Shown one piece after another: positions 55,960 through 64,000 of a stretch of 64,000 bases of DNA (position 1 is the stretch's first letter; each line of letters begins with the position of its first letter). The translations under genes and the position numbers were made by a program. The notes under the pieces are model-generated. The model had not been told where the DNA came from, did no database searches, and saw only the letters and a program-made list of their open reading frames with translations. The stretch comes from Eledone cirrhosa. Its lineage: Eukaryota. The stretch spans positions 46,004,001 to 46,068,000 of the forward strand of contig OZ024742.1 of NCBI GenBank assembly GCA_964016885.1, given 5' to 3'.

Positions 55960-58900
55960 AAAATGGAGGGGTAGAGAGGGCCCATGAGTCCAGTAAGACA
56001 TCCTCTCTAGTCCTGGTGGCACGAATAAAAGCACCCAATCCATGCTGTAAAGTGGCACTGGTGTTAGGAAGGGCATCCAGCCAGTGTATCAATGCCAAAA
56101 CATTTATAAGCACAGCAACAAATATATAGGAACAACAAAAATATGAAGACGTCGCACCTCAGAGCTGCAACACTTAATGTTGGCACTCTCACAGGTTGAT
56201 CTGGTGAAATAGTGGAGATGCTGGAGAGAAGGCATGTGGATGTGTGCTGCATGCAAGAGGTGAGATGGAGAGGTTCCTCTTAACTATAAGCTTTTCTGGG
56301 TAGGTAAGGATGATGGGTTAGGGGGAGTAGGCATTTTCCTGGCTGAGAGATGGATCAATAAGACAATAGAGGTAGTTTGAGTTAATAATCGAATAATTAA
56401 GCTTATATTAGTTGTAGGCAGGAGACTACTGACAATCATCTCTGCCTATGCTCCCCAAGCAGGCCTAGGCAAAGAAGAGAAAGACTGCTTTTAAGAGCAA
56501 CTTTTACAAACAACCGCAACGACAGAGGACGGTGAAATCGTTATGCTAGCAGGGGACTTCAGTGGTCATGTTGGACAGCTCCAGGATGGTTACACTGGGG
56601 TACATGGTGGGCATGGTTACGGCTCAAGAAATGAAGGAGTGAGACTTCTTGAATTTTGTGATGCAAGTACACTGACTATTTGCAACACAAACTTCCAGAA
56701 ACCTGCCAACCACCTAATAACCTACAAATCAGGCGAGCACATAAACCAGATTGACTTCTTACTAGTTAGGCAGCGGGACAGGCAGATGGTGTCAAATACC
56801 AAGGCATATCCTAGGAAAGAAAGTACCCCACAGCATAGGTTAGTCGTTAGTGATATCTCAGTAAGCAAGAGATGGAATGAGACATATAGGAAGGTGTGGA
56901 GAAGAAAGGTTTGGAAGCTAAAAGACCTTTCACTAAAATACAAATTTAGGAAAGCCCTTCCAGATGTGTATGACGAAAAAGAAGACGATTTAGAGATGTA
57001 TGACATAGATAATAACTGTAATTTCTTACGTGACAACTTACTGCAGGCTACTGATGAAACTTGTGGCTGGAGCAGAGCTCCAACCAGACAGTGAGGGACC
57101 TGGTGGTGGAACAGCACAGTAGATAAGGCCATTAGAGACACAAGACTAGCATGGAAGGCTTGGAAAAAGGGTGGGAGTAGAGAAGGATATACAGCCACTA
57201 AGAGAGAAGCTAGACATCAGGTGTACTTAGCACGCAGGGAGGCTGAGAGTCGGAGGTTTGCCAATGTTCTGCTACGGAAGATCACAGGCGTGCGGTGTTC
57301 CACATTGCAATGCAGTGTGTAAATGCAAATCAGGATGTTGTTGGTGATAAATGTGTCCGGAATGATGCCGGTGTACTTAGTGTCACGAATGATCAGAAAA
57401 AGGAGGCCTGGAAATGTCATTATGAGAGACTGATGAATGTGGAGAACGAATGGGAGAGAGAGAATTAGTAGATCCGACAGAGGGACCAGCTATTGAGATT
57501 GACGAATATAGGTTCCAAGAGGCGATTAAGGAAATGAAAAATGGTAAGGCTGCTGGACCATCAGGAATAGTTGCTGAGATGCTGAAGGCATCAGGGGACG
57601 TAGGCACTAAACTGGTTGCACGCATCATCAATCAGGCTATATATGGTGGTGTCATACCCAAAGACTGGTGCAGCAGTATTCTCATAAATTGCTACAAAGG
57701 TAAAGGGGATGCTCTGTAGGGGAGCAATTATAGTGGTATGAAACTGATGGATCAAGTTATGAAAGTGGCAAAAAGGATATTAGCACAACTAATTAGTGAA
57801 AGGGTCAAACTAGATGAGATGCAGTTTGGTTTTGTGCCTGGGAAAAGTACAACAGATGCCCTCTTCTTGGTGAGACAATTACAAGAGAGGTTCTTAGAGA
57901 AGAATAAGCCACTATACTTAGCCTTTGTTGACCTAGAGAAGGCCTTTGATAGGGTACCCCAATCTGTCATCTGGTGGTCCCTAAGGAAACTAGGTGTTGA
58001 GGAATGGCTTGTGAGGACATTGCAAACTTTGTACAGAGGTGTTGTCAGTAAAGTCAGGGTAGGAATGGAGTTTAGTGAGAAATTCCAGATACAAGTCGAA
58101 GTACATCAAGGTTCAGTCCTCAGCCCGTTTTTTTTTTCATTATAGTCCTCCAAGCCATAACAGAGGAGTTTAAGACTGGCTGTCCATGGGAACTTCTCTA
58201 TGCTGACGATCTGGTTCTTATAGCAGAATCAGTAGAGGAGCTAGAGAATAAATTCTGGCTATGGAAACAGCAGTTGGAAGCAAGAGGATGAGAGTGAACC
58301 TAGCTAAGACAAAAGTGTTGATGAGTAGAAAAGAGGACAAAACTCTGATTCCGTCAGGGAAATGGCCATGTTCGATATGCAGAAAAGAAACTGGCATAAA
58401 TTCTATAAAATGCACACAATGCAGATCCTGGGTACACAAGAGATGTAGTGGGATAGCAGGCAGACTAACAGGTAGGGAGAAATACGTATGCAGTAGATGT
58501 ACAGGGAAATTAGACAGTAGAAGTTGCATTGATAGACACACTTTTCAAATGCAGGCGGGTGCTATAGAAGTGGTGGATAGCTTCCGGTACCTAGGAGATC
58601 AGATTAGCATGGGAGGGGGGTAGGTGTTCCGAGGCCATAGTATCTAGAATAAGGACGGGTTGGAAGAAGTTTAGGGAGCTGCTTCCTCTGCTGACGAAGA
58701 AGGGTTACTCCTTGCGTATGAAAGGCCGGTTATATGATGCCTGTGTGAGGAGCGCGATGCTGCATGGTAGTGAGACATGGGCAGCAACTGCAGAGGATAT
58801 GCGATGGCTGGAGAGAAATGAGGCAAGCATGCTCCGTTGGATGTACAATGTCAATGTGCGTGAACGACCCAGCATGGATGTGTTGAGAGAGAAACTGTGT

Positions 58901-59194
58901 CTGAGAGGGATAGAATGTAGTGTGTGAGAGAGGAGGCTGCGGTGGTATGGACATGTGATGCGCGTGGAGGATGATCGATGGGTGAAGAAGTGCCAGGAAA
59001 TGCCAGTTGAAGGAAGACGTGGTGGAGGTAGACCACGAAAAACATGGGCGGAGGTGGTGAGAACATACCTCAGATCGCTGAAGCTCACGGTGGAGATGAC
59101 GAAGGACCGTGACAAGTGGAGAGATGCTGTGCTGAATAAGACCCATCCCACCCTTGCAAGCAGGGAAAAGCAGACGTAAAATGATGATGATGAT
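55960..59194 (+). mobile_element. RTE LINE family C, apparently full length but decayed
   Basis: [43 protein letters not shown] (CSIC..CTQC..H..C..CSRC); ORF runs to KTHPTLASREKQT* immediately before (ATG)n; many stops and frameshifts. Confidence 0.9.
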
Positions 59195-59860
59195 ATATAC
59201 ATGTGTGTGTGTGTGTATATGTTCCGAAGAGGTTGTTTTGGTAAAAACAGGAGCAAGTAGGAGAAAGCTCTCGACAATCGCAGTTTTTAGTTACGATGGA
59301 GATTTTTATAAAGGACATGTTTTCCCTGCCGGCGGCATATCAAATAAATTGGATTTCATCTGAGGATACCGTTCTCATAACAACAACAAATGCATGAAGG
59401 ACTTCTCGACTGCATGGAGAACTGTGGAAATAATTATAATGATTAAATGAGTTATGTAACCTCAGCATCTTATTTTGTTATATATATATTTATTTAGGTT
59501 TGAAGGTTCACCACTGGATAGAGCTGGTCAATTCCGTATGGTCAATCTTAATGTAATAATATGGAGATTACTCAACGTAAAGCAGTTCAACCGTCTTCGT
59601 TTGTGTAGTTGGTAGTGCTCGTACGGAGTTAAATATTATAATAAAATAACAGGAGGCTGGACTTGTGTAAATCTTTGAAAGGTTTATTATACTATGATCA
59701 GTTCAATGACCGGGTTCCGTATGAATCCGGTGATATCATCAGGTATTCGAAATATAATAAATGAATGTAATAGATAAAATCCATGGATTTTATCTATTAC
59801 AGAATGGTTGCATTTTTTAAGGGTATGTCAATATTTATTTATAAAACTAACCTATATTAT

Positions 59861-59924
59861 ATTTTATCTGATGAAAGCGCACCATAGTTTGCTCTGGTGG
59901 CCCTTGAAATATGTATAATGAAAT
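59861..59924 (+). ncRNA. Hammerhead-like motif with long stem II
   Basis: CTGATGA aagcgcacca-tagtttgctc-tggtggccctt GAAA tatg TA; stem I weak. Confidence 0.4.
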
Positions 59925-60055
59925 AAATATGGTTTTATAAATATAGTTTCCATTTGTTAATATATTGTATATTTAATCCAATAATTTGTTGAGTGCTTTA
60001 TATCAGTTATAAAAATATTTTGCTTGTTGTATCCCAACAAATTAAATATAACCTC

Positions 60056-60126
<71 letters not shown>

Positions 60127-60132
<6 letters not shown>

Positions 60133-61051
60133 ATACTTTGGGAGGGTCATGTTGCCAATAAGGAACACACGCACCACAGTTGCTTTCACTTCAATTTATT
60201 ATAATAAATTTATAAATTTCTGGTTGGTTGGTTGGTTCCACAACCAGACAGTTGTTTATATATTGTCATAGTTCTTTCGTCACACACTCTGTGACCTCTT
60301 CAGTGACTGGTGATTCCTTTCTTTGTTTCTGTGCCTCTCCTTTGTTCTGTCCTACGCCATTTTGTTTCTGTGTATGTGTTGTGTGCTCAGTCTGCGCAAG
60401 CGCCACATCCGGGTGTCTGCGTGTGTTTATGTTCATTTATTTATTTGTTTATTTACATGTTACTGGTTGGTTGTTTGTTCTATGTGTGTTTTCATTTTGT
60501 CCTTAATTGTAAGTTGTGATGTTGCTGTTCCACTCATATTTTCTATTTAATTTTGGTTGTAATTCTTTTATGTTTATTGCCTCTGTAATTTGTCTAAACA
60601 TTGCGTCTTTTCTGTGTGTAGATTCTATTTTTATTTCTATGTTCTCTAATTTACCCTTGTGTTCTATTTTAGCATGTTGGTAGAGTACAGATGATTCTTT
60701 ACTATCTTGAAGGTCTCGCCAGTGTTCATTTATCCGTTCCCCTACACTACGAGCTGTCTCACCTATGTACACTATATTTTTGTCTCTACATTGTCCTTCA
60801 GTACATCTTATGCTATACACTACATTTCTAGTTTTACAGTTAATATGGGGGCTTATTTTACAGGTTATACATTTCTTATCTATACATGAGGGTCTTTGAA
60901 AAGGGTATGTCTTGCTAATAAGTGTTTTTACGGAGGTACCTGGTCTTTCTACTATGTGTTTCTTATTGGCAACATGACCCTCTCAAAGTATAACAATATC
61001 GGTTTCAACACACGATTTCAGATAAAGAATCTTACTAAACAAATTCAGAAA

Positions 61052-61054
<3 letters not shown>
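60127..61054 (-). mobile_element. Penelope-like P1: GIY-YIG remnant + pseudo-LTR with short inverted pseudo-LTR piece
   Basis: CITC..NCKTRNVVYSIRC..VYIGETAR..ERINEH..LYQH..EH..RQITEA..LNRK; 60955-61054 is the inverted 3' terminus; (TA)n flanks. Confidence 0.87.
60265..60308 (-). ncRNA. Minimal hammerhead ribozyme motif
   Basis: agtca CTGAAGA g gtcaca-gagtg-tgtgac GAAA gaac TA tgac. Confidence 0.75.
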
Positions 61055-61096
<42 letters not shown>

Positions 61097-61101
<5 letters not shown>

Positions 61102-61792
61102 GAAAAATTAGGAATAAGAGGGATCAGATGTTGTTTACTCGAGAGAAGACTTCGTTGGTACGGTCACGTGATGCGCATGAAAGACGACAGCTGTATAAAA
61201 AAGTCCAGGGCAATAAAAATAGACGGTAGCCACGGAGTAGGCAGACCCAGAAAAACCTGGGACGACTTGATAAATTCCGACTTCACACACTTACACCTCT
61301 CCAAGACAATGTCACTGGACCGAGATCTTTGGCGCTATACAGTAATACAGAAGACCCACCTTACCTAAGTACAAAGTGAAACCTACTAGTCAGTAGGCAC
61401 TTCTAACAAAAATACACCCTCGTCCCACTACCCCCACCCCATCCACCCCACCCCTACCCCATCCACACCACCCCTACCCCATCCACACCACCCCTTTCAA
61501 TGTAAAGTTATATTGGTACCACAACATCCAGTCCGAAACAAATGAGGTCGTGTAGGTGTCACGACAAAAACACACACAGTCTACGCTGTAATGTGGCCGT
61601 GTAGGTAACACGGTAAAAACCTCCCAGTCCACACTGTAAACGTGGTTGGTGTTAGGAAGGGCATCCAGCCGTAGAAAATCCGCCAGACAGTCCTATGCGA
61701 GCAAGACAACCACTCTTGCCTCGTGGGAAAACTCCCGTCCAAACCCATGCAAGTGTGGAAGATGGACGTGAAACGATGATGATGATGATGAT
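61097..61792 (+). mobile_element. RTE family A 3' fragment with (GAT)n tail
   Basis: Colinear with the 3' end of 21627-24934. Confidence 0.88.
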
Positions 61793-61834
<42 letters not shown>

Positions 61835-61959
61835 TATGTTTAGAACGTAATTTTAAAACCAAATGTATAACATAAAAACAAATGTCTATTGAATAGAATA
61901 TACAAATTTTGCAGGTCTTTCGGTGCTAATGAAAGATAAATAGATAGAGAGAGACTAAG

Positions 61960-62260
61960 GCAGAGAAACTGGGAGAGATTGAGACAACGTGACTAAGAAA
62001 CACAGAGTGGGTGTAACTAAAACATACTGAAGAGGGAGAGATAGGGGGCGTAACTAAACCACACCGAGGGAGAGAGACTAGATCATACTGAGGGAGGGAA
62101 AGATGGAGTGTAACTAAAACATACTGAGGAAGAGAGAGAGCGTAACTAAATCATACTGAGAGTGGGGAGAGAGACCATGACCAAAACATACTGAGAGTGG
62201 GGAGAGAGAGCGTAACTAAGACATACTTTGAGAGGGGTTTGAAAGTGACTAAAACATTCA
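61960..62260. repeat. Degenerate ~30-40-bp tandem repeat (gtaactaaaacatactgag..gagagag)
   Basis: Recurrent motif. Confidence 0.65.
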
Positions 62261-62710
62261 AGGAGAGAGAGACAGAGAAAGATTAAAAGTAATAAAGACG
62301 TATTTAAGGGATATTTAAGGTGGTGTGTTGAAAGGGAGATAACTCCAAAGTGTCTTCACAGTTATAGGAACAATTACAGCATAACAACATGAAAGACAAT
62401 CTTTATCGGTGGGACAAATAATTTTAATTCACTATTATTTTCTCTTGCCCAGTATGCTTTTTTTTTGTAGAAGAAATGTCCGTGTCCTTATCACTGAGTA
62501 AATACGCATATATGTGTGTAAATACGCATATATGTGTGTAAATACGCATATATGTGTGTAAATATATAAGGTGATTAACGAGGTTGTTCTCAGTTCAATC
62601 CCAGTATATTGCACATGGCATTCGGCAAATATCTTTTATATTCGGCTAGACTAAACTTTGGGAGTGAAATTTGGTAGACAGAAACTGCGGAAACCCGTTC
62701 TGCCCCCCCC

Positions 62711-62756
<46 letters not shown>

Positions 62757-62843
62757 GTGTTAAACAATATTCAATGATTATGTCAAAGAATGAGTTTTAC
62801 AGTAGATTGGAAGCACTCTACAAAAAATAATTTTCCGGAGTTA

Positions 62844-62907
<64 letters not shown>

Positions 62908-63095
62908 GTGGAATTGTGTGTATCTGCGAAAGGTGACCGGTTAAAAGTCGATGCGCCGAATAAAAACAGGTTTGCATTTAACTTGAGTTACGTCCCTTTA
63001 CGTGAAGGTTAATTTTTGTACACCCCCAACAGAGCTGAAGTTAAAGTATACAGACACACATATACATAATGTATAAATGTGTGTGTGTGTATATA

Positions 63096-63543
63096 TCACA
63101 CTTACACCTCTCCAAGACAATGTCACAGTAATACAGAAGACCCGCCTTGCCTAGGTACAAAGCGAAACCTACTACAGTCAGTAGGCACCTCTAACAAAAT
63201 ACACCCCGGCCCCACTACCCCCACCCCATCCACACCACCCCTTCCAATGTAAAGCTATGTTGGTACCACAGCATCCAGTCCGAAACAAATGAGGGCGTGT
63301 CGGTGTCACGACAAAAACACAGAGTCCACGCTGTAATGTGGCCGTGTAGGTATCACGGTAAAAACCTCCCAGTCCACACTGTAAATGTGTTTGGTGTTAG
63401 GAAGGGCATCCAGCCGTAGAAAACCCGCCAGACAGTCCTATGCGAGCAAGACAACCACTCTTGCCTCAAGTGGGAAAACTCCCGTCCAAACCCATGCTAG
63501 CGTGGAAGATGGACGTTAAACGACGATGACGACGACGACGATG
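63096..63543 (+). mobile_element. RTE family A 3' fragment, (GAC/GAT)n tail
   Basis: Colinear with 61285-61792. Confidence 0.85.
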
Positions 63544-64000
63544 TATGCAAGCAAATAGAAATAACAAAGCAAATGATAGTACAATGAACAAATGTATTAA
63601 TTTTATGCTTGATATAGTAGGAAACTAAACGGACACCCCCATCAAGCTGGCCGGGTGAGGAGGGTGATTTTTGGGGCGCCCTGTAGTCGGAAAAACAAAG
63701 CCTGTTAAAGAGCAGAGGAACTCATAAGAGTCGACAGCTATCCAAAAGTTTACTAGGAGAGGAAAACTTTGATAAAAATCTTGAGGATGAATCAGTTGCT
63801 GGGCTTCTCAACCTATATTGGGCCATCAGCTTTTCTTGCTGGTTTTGTCTGAAAAGTGGGCGTGGTTTTGTATAAGCCACATCTACTATAATCAAATTCA
63901 CATACAGGAACTTCTTAAACCATTGAATGGATAACATAAAAAAAAAACCTATACTGGTGGAGAGAGCTGTGATGCATATAGGCCTAACAAGCTGGAAGTA

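Noticed and set aside
55600-56015. HDV-like ribozyme upstream of RTE family C
   Set aside because: Only a simple hairpin (tagagagg/cctctcta) was seen; I could not build the nested double pseudoknot by eye

Overview
AT-rich animal genomic DNA, probably a coleoid cephalopod such as octopus (inferred from the repeat repertoire, not verified). I found no convincing host protein-coding exon. From about 16 kb onward the window is a nest of mobile elements embedded in long interrupted (TA)n arrays. (1) Three families of RTE-clade LINEs (APE + RT, (GAT)n tails) all carry a C4HC3 PHD-type zinc finger inserted inside the RT domain; one copy is near full length and broken by a single 4-bp duplication. 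(2) There is an R4/Dong-like restriction-like-endonuclease retrotransposon and a decayed CRE-like one. (3) Two lineages of Penelope-like elements (GIY-YIG) form fold-back pseudo-LTR structures and carry minimal hammerhead ribozyme motifs, including a U3-A8 core variant. (4) A Helitron PIF1-helicase remnant shares its 3' end with two tandem non-autonomous Helitrons. (5) tRNA-derived SINEs are assembled from RTE modules. The best leads are the intra-RT PHD finger, convergent (TA)n targeting by unrelated endonucleases, a 5'-UTR module relocated into the RTE 3' UTR, the hammerhead set (one inside a 40-bp inverted-repeat element), and a ~1.94-kb templated insertion between neighbouring RTE copies. 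All I/Y-rich ORFs in the track are microsatellite artefacts, and 17305-17504 is an assembly gap. All alignments and folds were done by eye.
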